From positions 17,705 to 81,704 of the IMG/VR virus record IMGVR_UViG_3300042934_000861: a stretch of 64,000 nt of DNA. One strand, 5' to 3'. The position numbers and the translations under genes were made by a program. Source of the DNA: a virus. A model generated the notes under the pieces. It did not search any database. It had not been told where the DNA came from and worked only from the letters and a program-made list of their open reading frames with translations. How positions within the stretch are numbered: position 1 is the first letter of the stretch; each line of letters opens with the position of its first letter. Shown piece after piece: positions 46,070-57,300 of this stretch.

Positions 46070-47446
46070 ATGGCTACTCAACAACAATTAGACACGCAAA
46101 TTACGCCTGAGAGCTTAGAGCGCAACTTTACGTTATTGAATCGGATCTTAGCTGCTAATACTGTAAAAATGGGTCGGCTTGAGGATTTACTTACGGACGA
46201 ACAAAAGCAGAGAATAAAAGCTATGGAAGAATCTATTAAAAAGGTCAGCGCTTTTATAAGCCAGCGAATTAGTGAAATTAATAATCATGTGGACGAGCTC
46301 ATAATTACACAGCAGGAGTTAGCTGTGTCTATTGATGCGGAAATCCGCGAAACATTGACAAGTGTAGAAGAAAACATTCGTAATGATACCCAAAACGCTA
46401 TTGACACATTAGATCGAGCAAAGGTTAGCGATGCTGAGTTTACTGAAGCTGTAAATCGCCTTACACAAGTAGACGATGAGAATCGTTCAAACATTGAACA
46501 AATCCCCGGGAAGATTACGCTGGCCGTAGGGCAAGTAGAAGAAAAACTGAACGGTGCTCCATCTATCAGCTATGGATCGATAGCAGCCTTAAAGGTAGAA
46601 TCGGATAATCTGTCTATGCTTGTACAATCAAATAAGCAAGATGCAGATGGTAAAATTAACACTTTATCATCGGACTTAAATCTTGTGCCTGGAAAGATAA
46701 CAGCTGCGGTAACCGAAGTTAAGGGTGAGCTAACAACTAAGATAGCTGCTGTTGAAGTAGATATAGATGGTATTCACCAAACCGTGGCAGATAATCAGGT
46801 TGATACTGACGGTAAAATAATGCAGCAGGCTACGCGTATTGACCAGCTACCAGAGCAGATTAACTTGGCCGTTACTCAATCACCTACAGACCCTTCAAAT
46901 GAAATGCCAAACCTAGCGAATTTAAGAATCGGTATAGAAGGATTAAGCTCTACGGTAAGTAATCAAGGTGGCCAAATATCAGCCCTAGATCAGAAAGCAG
47001 ATAGTATTGAAGCTACGGTAGCCTCAAAGGCAAATGCTGCCGCTTTGGAATTAACAAATCAGAGCATATCCCTCATGCTTGCAGAATTAAGTAAAAGCCC
47101 CGAGTTATGTGCATATACGGCAATTACTATGCTGACTGGCTTAATCGATCTTTGTGTGAAAGATACTGACTTAACAGGGCAAGAGGTTATTTCAAGAATA
47201 AATGTAAGTCCTGAAGGGGTACGAATAAGCGGTAAGCAAATTCATATTACTGGTGATACAGTCTTTGATGACGATGTAATTGTGGCCGGAGCGCTGAAGG
47301 TAAACTCGTTAAGTGCTATAGCAACTACAATTGGGATTCTACGGACAGCTGAATCGGGAGCTAGGACGGAAATTAGAGATAATTTAACATTGGTTTACGA
47401 TGCTAATGATGTGTTGCGTGTCAGGATGGGGGTATGGAATGAATGA
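46070..47446 (+). CDS. central tail fibre/needle protein (coiled coil, gp58-like segment, gpJ-like C-terminus)
   Basis: Coiled-coil repeats; ISRINVSPEGVRISGKQIHITG; VYDANDVLRVRMGVW terminus. Confidence 0.7.
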   Translation: MATQQQLDTQITPESLERNFTLLNRILAANTVKMGRLEDLLTDEQKQRIKAMEESIKKVSAFISQRISEINNHVDELIITQQELAVSIDAEIRETLTSVEENIRNDTQNAIDTLDRAKVSDAEFTEAVNRLTQVDDENRSNIEQIPGKITLAVGQVEEKLNGAPSISYGSIAALKVESDNLSMLVQSNKQDADGKINTLSSDLNLVPGKITAAVTEVKGELTTKIAAVEVDIDGIHQTVADNQVDTDGKIMQQATRIDQLPEQINLAVTQSPTDPSNEMPNLANLRIGIEGLSSTVSNQGGQISALDQKADSIEATVASKANAAALELTNQSISLMLAELSKSPELCAYTAITMLTGLIDLCVKDTDLTGQEVISRINVSPEGVRISGKQIHITGDTVFDDDVIVAGALKVNSLSAIATTIGILRTAESGARTEIRDNLTLVYDANDVLRVRMGVWNE

Positions 47447-47748
47447 CGCAAAAACAGGGATTGCAGCTATTTGATGCTAATGGCAACCTAATGCTAGAGG
47501 TTACGGATACACTGACTAGATTTTTAGGAACTGTAGATACTGATGCGGTTTCATCGACCGGAAGCTTTACTGATAATAGAATTATAGGTGGGAAAGCGTG
47601 GATAACATTCCACAAGACAGGAGCAAATGATTATCGGGATGCTAACTTTGCTGCGTGGTGTGAGGGAAATCAAATAAAGTGGCAACATACTGCTGGAATG
47701 TATGGTAGCCGGATAAAAAGTTATAGAATATATTATGGAGCGTATTAA
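47443..47748 (+). CDS. tail-tip accessory protein
   Basis: QGLQLFDANGNLMLEVTD...IYYGAY. Confidence 0.7.
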   Translation: MTQKQGLQLFDANGNLMLEVTDTLTRFLGTVDTDAVSSTGSFTDNRIIGGKAWITFHKTGANDYRDANFAAWCEGNQIKWQHTAGMYGSRIKSYRIYYGAY

Positions 47749-47750
47749 TT

Positions 47751-48509
47751 ATGGCTGCTGGAATCCAAGTTTTTACTCCTTCTGGAGATCTTCAAATTGA
47801 CGATAGTTTCTTAAACTACAGATTTTTAGGGAAAAGTACTATCATAGCCGATACTTACGGAGATTCTTTTAACTGGGCTGGTACATGGTATAAGGATGTT
47901 GCAGATTATTGTTATCCTGGCGAGTTGCTAGCTTTTAGAAGAGAGGATATAGAGTTCGAGCCTGACACGACTCGGAGGTTTGCAACAACCGCTTCTGCCA
48001 GTTATCTTATTTCAAACAACGGGAAAATAGGATTTCGGGTATTACCCGAAAGTAACTATGGTTATTTTGACACAAACCGTCCCCTTATTACTATATACAG
48101 GTTCGGACTAACCACCGAAAATGAAAAAGGAAAGCATTTCGAGGTATTTGACAGCACTGGAAAGCTAGTATTTTCGGACGGAAGAAATTACATGCGGGTA
48201 GTGCAGGGACTAAATGGATTAGATTTAGCCCTTCCTACTGGATACGGAGATAACAGACCGATTCCCGCTGTTTTCGCTAATATAAACCACTCACCATCAA
48301 TTAAAACAGCTATGGCTATACTTTCTACGGCTTTTTACTGGGAAACTGCTCCTGGATATACTTGGGAGGTTGCGCATGGATTCGCTTTTTACCCAGATAG
48401 AGTTGAAGTAAGGTACGTACTAAGCGGAGGATATTCAGAGGGCGGGGGTGTTCAGTGGGATTCACAAAGGCACTACCACATTTTAATGTTAGATGTAACC
48501 GGATTATAA
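47751..48509 (+). CDS. tail-tip receptor-binding protein
   Basis: MAAGIQVFTPSGDLQID...FEVFDSTGKLVFS...LDVTGL. Confidence 0.7.
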   Translation: MAAGIQVFTPSGDLQIDDSFLNYRFLGKSTIIADTYGDSFNWAGTWYKDVADYCYPGELLAFRREDIEFEPDTTRRFATTASASYLISNNGKIGFRVLPESNYGYFDTNRPLITIYRFGLTTENEKGKHFEVFDSTGKLVFSDGRNYMRVVQGLNGLDLALPTGYGDNRPIPAVFANINHSPSIKTAMAILSTAFYWETAPGYTWEVAHGFAFYPDRVEVRYVLSGGYSEGGGVQWDSQRHYHILMLDVTGL

Positions 48510-48523
48510 ACTCATATCCCATT

Positions 48524-48560
48524 GAGGACTAAGGTTAATTCTTTAGTCTTCTTTTTATTT
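48524..48560 (+). terminator. intrinsic terminator
   Basis: GAGGACTAAGG-TTAATT-CTTTAGTCTTC-TTTTT. Confidence 0.7.
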
Positions 48561-48580
48561 AACAAGGGAGGCGATCATAC

Positions 48581-48892
48581 ATGACTACCTTTTCTACTGG
48601 TTATCCGGTAGATACGCGTCCAGGGCCAAATGGAGATACGGTAAAACAAGCGGCAGAAAAGTTCATTTTAGAATTTGCAAAAGCTTACGGCGATCTGTCT
48701 AACTTCGAACAGCAGGTCGCTATTTTAATTGCGCACGGTGATGTGGATACTGTTGACGGTAAGCATGCAGACGGAACAGCAAATAATATTCCATTGCTTA
48801 ACGGCAGCACCAGGCTTACCAATGATACTGAGGGGACAGCCTGGAACATTCCTACATCTGACGTGGGCGGCAATATATGGATTGCGAAGTGA
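48581..48892 (+). CDS. short tail-fibre-like protein
   Basis: NGDTVKQA; DVDTVDGKHA; IPTSDVGGNIWI. Confidence 0.6.
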   Translation: MTTFSTGYPVDTRPGPNGDTVKQAAEKFILEFAKAYGDLSNFEQQVAILIAHGDVDTVDGKHADGTANNIPLLNGSTRLTNDTEGTAWNIPTSDVGGNIWIAK

Positions 48893-48896
48893 TAAC

Positions 48897-49565
48897 ATGG
48901 CGGTGAGTGACTACAAGCTTTATATCCGTAAAATAGATGATACTTTAGGCGCGGTATCTACGGCCCATAAGTTATACACAGCTACTGAAGATATAGCAGA
49001 TGGAAAATTTATTGAACTGAAAGATGTATCTGGTGCACTAGTCTATTTGCCGATTACAAAGAATTTGAACAGCTATTTTGCTTCTTCGTTAACCTTTAGG
49101 GGGCAAGATGGTTCGATCTACAAAGCTAAAACTGAGTATTCCCCTTTTGATGCCCAACAAGATTTTGTGTCAAATGCTTATCTGTACAATCTTAGCGGAA
49201 ATGTGCCAGGAAAGTATTATTATCTTGGCAATATTCCTTTTGTGTCTCAGGACAAAACCAAGCCCCTGCTTGTAACGCTTAGGCTTACGGGCTGGACTGA
49301 TACAGGTGGTGGATGGGCTGATCAGGTTTATACAAAGATAGGAATAAGTATAGATAATACACCTTACATGATTAGAGAATATGCGTCTTACGGTAAGACT
49401 GGGACTGTACATTATACAGGGGAGTTAATAGCTGATAAAAAGGCTTATACCGTAGACGCAGGGCCTCACACAATAGGGCTTTGCATATGGGCAAAGTGTA
49501 CGTCAAAAGATCATAATTCGTGCTATATTGAATCTATTTCAATAAGCGTTGAACAGGAGGGATAA
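48897..49565 (+). CDS. putative tail fibre tip/structural protein
   Basis: Beta-rich ORF following the short fibre gene. Confidence 0.5.
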   Translation: MAVSDYKLYIRKIDDTLGAVSTAHKLYTATEDIADGKFIELKDVSGALVYLPITKNLNSYFASSLTFRGQDGSIYKAKTEYSPFDAQQDFVSNAYLYNLSGNVPGKYYYLGNIPFVSQDKTKPLLVTLRLTGWTDTGGGWADQVYTKIGISIDNTPYMIREYASYGKTGTVHYTGELIADKKAYTVDAGPHTIGLCIWAKCTSKDHNSCYIESISISVEQEG

Positions 49566-49566
49566 C

Positions 49567-50148
49567 GTGGGATTTTTGAGTGGACTATTCGGGTCAAGCC
49601 CGAAGGTTAAAAATATAGCTGCACAAATTCAGCCTGAAACCGATTATGAGAAAGCTATGCGAGAGCAGCTTACAGGAGTTGCTACTGGGCTTCTTGGGTC
49701 AGCGAGTGGGTTAATTAATCAAGGGACAGACTTAATGTCGCAAACCGCTAATGGGCAAGTAAATGGCGATGTCGCGGCTAATCTGCAGCGCTTGAGCTTG
49801 GATAACTATAACAAGCAAGTTGGCTCAATTGCTAATAATATGGCGTTTCGCAACCTTGGCTCTAACTCTATGACGCAAAACGCATTAGCTCAGGCTGGTA
49901 CAGATGCTAATAATTGGGTAATGGATAACCTGCAATCGGTACTTAATCAGCAGGGGCAAACTGCACAAAGTTTATATAGTATGGGGCAAGGCAATACATC
50001 TTTGGCTAGTGGTTTGTACGATAATTGGTTAGGCTTTAGGCAAAGTATGAGCCAGCCAGCTCAGACTGCGGTTACTCAGGGCAGTAGCGGCTTGTTAGGT
50101 TCCGCGTTAAGTGGGTGGGCTTCAGGTGGTTTTAAAGGATTGAAATAA
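49567..50148 (+). CDS. internal virion (ejection) protein
   Basis: AGGAGGG SD; Gly/Ala/Gln/Asn-rich, GFLSGLFG N-terminus. Confidence 0.7.
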   Translation: MGFLSGLFGSSPKVKNIAAQIQPETDYEKAMREQLTGVATGLLGSASGLINQGTDLMSQTANGQVNGDVAANLQRLSLDNYNKQVGSIANNMAFRNLGSNSMTQNALAQAGTDANNWVMDNLQSVLNQQGQTAQSLYSMGQGNTSLASGLYDNWLGFRQSMSQPAQTAVTQGSSGLLGSALSGWASGGFKGLK

Positions 50149-50175
50149 ACTGAACAATGAGAAGGGGGTGTGCTT

Positions 50176-51303
50176 ATGGCTATTTTGATCCCAGCTGATA
50201 ATCGCTGGGGAGATATAGGAAGTTTAGTAGGAAGTTATTTGGGGTATGAACGTGCTAAAAAGAGAGAAAGAGAAGGGATGAATCAGCTATTAACTGCTTA
50301 TAATGCCAAGGAACAGGGTTTGCAAACGCAGCAGCAAAATGTTTTACAATCTATTGATAATACTTACAGTGGCGGTGTTCCAACTTTGGAAGCTGGAATG
50401 TCTGCAATTTTAGGTGAAGATAACTCTGGTGAGCAGCAGGCTGTCTCGCAACAAGCGCTACAAGCGCGCAATCAATACACAACGCAAAAACGTAGTGCAG
50501 AGTTGAATCCGCTAAAACTCAATGCCGCAGATATACTCTCTATAGCAACCACGGGAGCAAAAGCTGGAATGTCAGCTGATCAAGCCTATAAACTAGCTGG
50601 AACGATGGCCGGTGATTTTAATGCAAAACAGGATCAAGCTAAGCAAGCGCATTTACTTAATTCTTTTTTGACTAAATACCAAGCATCTCCTGATTATAAT
50701 TCACGAAACAATGCACTAGTTGAATATATGGCACTTACAGGTAACACAAAAGACTTGCCGGATGTTTATAAAGCCGGGATAGGTGACTATACTGTAAAAG
50801 AAGATGATCTTGGCGATCGAGTGATACAGACAATGTATGATAAGAAATCGGGTCCATATGGAAAAGTATCTATGCAGCAATTTGGGAAAGGATTAGATCC
50901 TACCAACAAATATACTGCCGACATGGGATATAAAGGTAGAATTGATGCTGCTAATATAAATGGTCAGTATGGTTTGTTGCGTAAGCAAACTCCTAGTGCT
51001 GCAGGTTCTGGTAAATCAAGTAAAGGGTCTGCTAGCGAAGAAAAGTATTATGCTGGGCCTAGCACTAACGCCAAAGATATTGATACTGCTAAAGCTATGC
51101 TAGCCGGTATTGCTAGTATGGATGATGCCGGTCAAATACGTGAGAATCTGGAAGCATATGAAAACTTTTTTAAGAAGTCATTAGGAACTGAAGCTGCAGA
51201 AAATCACATTGCATATATACTTATGGAAGCTGAACGTAGAGGGTTGCCTAATTCGTATGTGAGTAGCAGTGCTGCAGATGGATGGCAAGCAAAGAATCGT
51301 TAG
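50176..51303 (+). CDS. internal virion (ejection) protein
   Basis: Helical Ala/Gln-rich; between the small and giant ejection genes. Confidence 0.65.
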   Translation: MAILIPADNRWGDIGSLVGSYLGYERAKKREREGMNQLLTAYNAKEQGLQTQQQNVLQSIDNTYSGGVPTLEAGMSAILGEDNSGEQQAVSQQALQARNQYTTQKRSAELNPLKLNAADILSIATTGAKAGMSADQAYKLAGTMAGDFNAKQDQAKQAHLLNSFLTKYQASPDYNSRNNALVEYMALTGNTKDLPDVYKAGIGDYTVKEDDLGDRVIQTMYDKKSGPYGKVSMQQFGKGLDPTNKYTADMGYKGRIDAANINGQYGLLRKQTPSAAGSGKSSKGSASEEKYYAGPSTNAKDIDTAKAMLAGIASMDDAGQIRENLEAYENFFKKSLGTEAAENHIAYILMEAERRGLPNSYVSSSAADGWQAKNR

Positions 51304-51318
51304 GGGGTATAATGGCAT

Positions 51319-54300
51319 ATGAGTTTTACACGTAATTTTTCGCAGGATTTACAGGCTGCAATCAAAGAAAACGAACAAAAAATATTGGATATACAATCGG
51401 AACAATATGCAAATATACCTTTAACCATAGAAAGGCCGTCAGCTGACGGCCTTTCTTCCAATCAACCTAATCAAACCTTCGTTGACTTTGGTGGATTGCA
51501 ACCATGGGAACTATCTTCTGAGGCAAATGTTGCTAATTATGATCAGCCTAAATTATCAGGGGTTTCTAAGGCAGTTGTTGATGCTTTGCCATATGGTGTT
51601 GGTAGTGCAATTTCGCTCATCAATAATGCTGTAAAAACAATGGGCAAACCTCAATATATTTCTGATAAAGAGTGGGATGCAAAGCAGCCCCCTTTAATTA
51701 AATGGATCGACAATATCGGAGAAGGTTTGCAAAAGGCATCCCCAATACAGAAGTATGAGAGTTATACTCCAGAGTGGTGGGCTCAAACTTTAACAACTAT
51801 GGCACCGCTTAGTGTTGGACTTGGCGCGGCTACCTTGGCGAGTATGAGATCTGGGAATCCATCCGCACTAGCGCAATCAGGAGAATATGCAGCAATGAAT
51901 GTACTTGGCCGTGGAATTGGTGCTGCCAAGAATGTACCTGCTGCAGCAAATGCTTTCGAAAAACTATCAGGGCTTTCGCCAGCAGCTGCTAAAATTGCTG
52001 CTAATGCGCCGGCGGCTTTATCTAAATATGCAGGTAATGTTTTAAGTGGTGCATATATTCAAGCGCCAGCTGCTTATGCTGAAGCGCAAGTTGAAGGAAA
52101 CGATGCCTATACTGAAGCGGTTGAGTCAGGACTTTCACACCAGCAAGCAGACCTTGTTCGCAAGAAAGTTGTTGAGTTGAATTTAAAACTTTTGACAGGC
52201 TCTAATGCTCTTGAAATTGCAACAGCCTTTACGGAATTGCCTTTTAAGGGACCCCAGCGAATATTGCGGAATGCGTTGGGTGAAACTGCTCGGTATGGAA
52301 TAAATGGAGTGCAAAACGCCGCGGAGGAAGTTGGTCAGGAGAACGTTAAGCGCTCAGCTTTGCTTGAAGCCTTAGATAAAGAAATACAAAGTACTGACGC
52401 AACAACTCCTGAAGGAACACAACGCCAAAAGAATTTAATTGAAGCTCGCAGTAAGATTCCAGAAGCGCAATGGAATCCTTTAAAATTGGATGATAATTTG
52501 ATGGAGCAGGCTGCAGGTGGGTTTGGGGCTGGTGTTCTGTTTAATGTTCCAGGGACGGTTTCACGTGTTAGAAAAGGTGATTTTTCAAAAGAAAAGCCTG
52601 CTGAGAATGTTACCTCTGAAATGAATGGGCTTATAAATAAACAGTCTGAAGTCAATGCTCAATCGTCACTGCCTGAAATGAAAGTACCTAGCTTTAAAAC
52701 AGAAGAAGAATTGAACAACTATGAAGTTGATGCAATCATGCAAGCTATTGATAGTGGGGATATATCGGCAGAAGATGGCATAACGCCCATAACGCCTAAA
52801 GGTACGGAACTTCTTTCGAACCTTGAACAGCAACGGAATACTTTTTTTGATAGTATTCAGCAAGCTGCTTTGCCGGTTGACACACAACAAACACCTCATG
52901 AGTATTCCATTCTGCAAAAGCCGGACTTGTCAAGTGTTGAACAAATACAGCCTTTTATAACTCCAGAGCAAAAGCAGCAGGAATTAGTGCAACAGGAGTC
53001 TTTAAAGCAAAAAGAAGGGCGACTACAGGCAGAAAAGCAATTGCTGGACATTACTGGGCAGAGTGCGGCAAATATTATAACTCCGGAATCGCCGCGAGCA
53101 ACAGATATAATTTTACCTGGTCAAACTCCTAATGAAGCTGGCATTCAAGCTATAGCTGAACTAAGGCAAAAGCTCATTCCTCAAAAACCTGAACCATTAC
53201 CGGATTCTTGGCAGGCTGGCATGAGGAGGCGCTTGGCAAGTTCTGTTCAGCGCAAAGACTTAGCAACTGCAGCGAATATTGCGCGGGAGCTTGGCTTAAA
53301 TGATAAAGTGAAACTTTATGAGGGGGCTGTTATTCAGCCTAATGTTCGTGAAAAAATAACGGTAGATGAGCTTAAACGGGCAGACAACTATAATAAGCTT
53401 GACGATTTAAGCAAGTTGTTCGTTGATGTGTTAGATCATCATAAAGCACCTCTTAACCTTGTACAAACTGAAATTGAGACTGCTCATAATCACATGGTGG
53501 ATAATTATATAAATCTTTTGCGCAACCAAATGAAACAAGGTGTTATTAGTCGTGGTGGTTCCATGAACTATAAGTGGTACCGGGATGCGCTTGAAACCTA
53601 TAAGCGCCAGATGACTAGTAAAAGCACAGGAAAAGAATATATCGGTTATCCTAAGAAGGATGATTGGGAATATATCCTTCATCAGACAGCTTTGGATCAT
53701 TTGCGTAATGGATACAATGATCCTACATATGGACCACAGATATCTGACCAGGACTTAAATTTATATAATGATTTGGAGGCTGCCATTGATGGAATCAAAC
53801 AAGTCAGAGAAAAAATCACCCCTGCCCTCGATGGGTCTTTACGAGCAAATGAGTCCAGTGGCACAAAAGGCAATCGAAGTCTTCAAGCAGCAGCACAAGA
53901 CGCAATACCGGTTGCCAGAGAACTTGGAAAACCAGTAAATAGTGATGTCTCGCCAAAGGCTCTGACAAATGAAGTAATAAAAGCACCAGTTAACAATGTT
54001 GTTTCAGAAAAAGTACCAGGTTCAGAAGAAACCTTAATTGCAGAGTCTAAATTACCAGTGCCAAAAGAGTCGAAGGTTGAATCTCCTGAAATATCTTCAC
54101 GTAATGTTGGCGAGGCTGGTTTTAACAGCAGTGAGGAAAATCGCAATCGCTTAAAAGACAAATTACTTGAAAGGGCTGGTAAAAAGCCAAAGGAATCGAA
54201 AAAAATCAACATCGTTGATGATTCGGATGCTGCATTGCAAGCTGCACTAAATGATTTACAGAAAGAACTATCAAACATATCCTCGACACCTGTTTTTAAT

Positions 54301-57300
54301 CCTGCATTGATGAGTGCTGCATTTAAAGTTGGGGCGATTCATTTGCAGCGTGGTATTAATTCTTTTTCTTCTTGGTCGGATAGGATGGTACAAACTGTTG
54401 GTAAAAAGATTGAGCCCTTTTTAAACAGTGTCTGGAAATCGATATCATCATGGCCTGCTGATGTTAAATATGACAGCGAATTGGCAAATACGTTATTTGA
54501 GTACGTTGGTGTTCTATATCAAGATGGCATTACTGGAAAAGAGGAAGTCAGGCAACGTATCAATGAAGATATTGGCTCCGAGTATGATAATCTAATCGAT
54601 GCCATTTACAATGGCGTTTCTGAATGGCCAGGATTTAAAAAGGATGTTGCGGAAATTGCAAGTTCTGGAGTAGAATCAAAGAAAGAGGGTGAGGTTAATG
54701 ATAGGGATAGCGTCAAGGATATGGAACGAAATAGCCCAGACGTGTCCGATAGAGACGGAATGGGGGCAACAATACTTCCCGATGGATCAAGAGGAGCTAG
54801 CCGAAGCGATGGAGGAAGAAGCGACAAGACTGGAAGCCAAGGGGCTGGATCAGACAGTGGTGTTGGCGTATCTGACAGTAGCTCCATTAGTGGCAGAAGC
54901 TCAGGGGATAAGGGAGTACGCCAAAACTCATCCGTGGATAAGAAACGCTCTTCCGGAAGTGACATCTTTGGAGGAAGCGACAATTCTAGCAACACGGGAG
55001 TACCGGCTGACCCAAGAGCAGCAGAAGCAGTTGATGAATCTGCTGCAGACCGAACCGAAACTTCAGAGAAGTTAGAAGCGCAGAAAAAAGCTGAATCTAT
55101 TAATGTCAAGGTAGCTGACCTGGATAACATCCGGAAAACGCTACCTTTTTTGATGCCCGAACAACAAGATGATGTTTATTTTGCTGAGCAGAGATTCACA
55201 GTGCCAGATGGTTACGGTGTGCTGTTTACAAACGGGACCGGTACTGGTAAAACATATTCCGGACTTGGGGTTGTAAAGAGATTTGCTATGCAAGGCAAGA
55301 ATAATATTCTTATTGCGGCTCCAAACAGTAAGATTATTGATGGATGGATTAGCTCTGGCAGAAACTTAAATTTGTCCATATCAAAATTGGATGATACTAA
55401 ATCAGCAGGTGCCGGTATAACAATTACAACATATGCTAATCTTGGCCAAAACCAAGAACTATCTAATCGTAATTGGGACCTGATTGTTACCGACGAATCA
55501 CATTATTTGGCTAGTAGTCAAAGTGGTGGTGTAACTGGCGCCGCAGATAATCTTCGGGCAATTGCGGTTCATAAGCGGGGATATTACTCTCGTTTTAATA
55601 ATATTGAAAAAGAACTTGTACAACAAGAAAGTGATGCATGGGACGAAGTGAGGCTTAGCGAGAAGTCGGAAGACAGGACAGCTATCGCAAAAGTACCCGC
55701 TCTTGAGAATAAGGCGAGAGAAATATCGACAAAAGTTCATGCGCTGCGTGATAAGTATTATAAAGAGTGGGATGAAATTAAGCCACAAGATAAGCCGAGG
55801 GTTTTATTTTTATCTGCTACGCCATTTGCTTATGTTGAAAATATCGACTATGCAGAAGGGTTTCTTTTTAACTATGGTGAAAGCTCGAATTCTCAGGCTT
55901 ATAATGCTCCGGATGCGAGGGAAAAGTTCTTCATTAACCATTTTGGCTACCGTATGCGATACAATAAGCTAACAAAACCTGATTCACAAGTCGATAATGA
56001 AGTAATGGAGCAGCAATTCCATGAGTGGCTGCGTAAACAAGGTTCTTTATCTGGCCGTATGCTTTCAGTAGACAAAGATTATGAGCGTAAATTCTCCCTG
56101 GTTAATGATGCTATAGGCGCTAAAATTGATGAAGGTCTTCAGTGGCTGTTTGAAACTGATAGTGGTAAATATCGCGAGTTATACGACTTTGTGATGGAAC
56201 GCTTTAAGTATCATGACCGAATGTATCTTTTGGAATCTATTAAATCGCGGCATGCCGTGAACATGATTAAAGACCATATTGCGCTAGGCCGCAAGGTAGT
56301 GGTATTCCATGATTTTAACAAAGGCGGGGGGTTCCATCCGTTTAAGTTTGACTATGTTCCAAATGATATTCGGGAACAATACAATAACTTTTCATCAAAG
56401 CGGCGTGACTTAATCAATCTGGATTTTAGTGATCTGAAGTCTCCAATTGCTCAAATGAAGGCTTCCTTTGGAGAAAAAGCTCTATTCTTTAATGGTACAG
56501 TTCCAGATAAGGTGCGTAGGAATAATGTTGATATATTTAATCAAGATGACGGCGAAAAGAGTTTACTTGTGGTTCAGTCTGATGCTGGCCGGGAAGGGAT
56601 TAGTTTACACGATACTACAGGCAAACACCAAAGAGTACTCATCAATCTTGGCATGCCTGTAAAACCGACTGCTGCGATACAAATTGAAGGACGCATTTAC
56701 CGAGTAGGGCAAAAATCGGATGCTATATTTAGGTATCTGAACACAGGAACGAGTTTTGAACGTTATACATTTGCGACTAAAATAGCTGAACGTGCTACGA
56801 CGGCTGAAAACCTTGCATTAGGGCAAGATGCGCGGAGATTAAAAGAGGCTTTTATTGATGCATACCAATTAAGTGACGATTATCCTGCTGGTGCTCAGGG
56901 TGAGGGTAGAGGTGGCAAGGCCGGGGACCGGGCAAGTCGTCAGGAAATGACCAATTTTAAAAGAGCTATATCGTATTACTTCGGTCAACAAAAGAAGACA
57001 AATAGGAACAAAGCAGCCGAGGGGACTGATTATTTTGCTACGCCAGAGCCAGTAGGCTTAAAAATGGTAGAGTGGGCTGATATGAAGGAGGGAGAAAGAG
57101 CGCTTGAACCATCGGCTGGCCATGGAGCGATTGCGAGATTTTTCCCTGAAAAAGGCGATCATGTAATGATTGAGCCGAGTTATGAACTTGGCCCATTGGC
57201 GGCTATGAATAGTCCTGCAAAGCTTGTTGCTGAACGTTTTGAAAACTATCATATAGTTAATAAGTTTCATTCTATTATAATGAACCCGCCATATGGCCAT

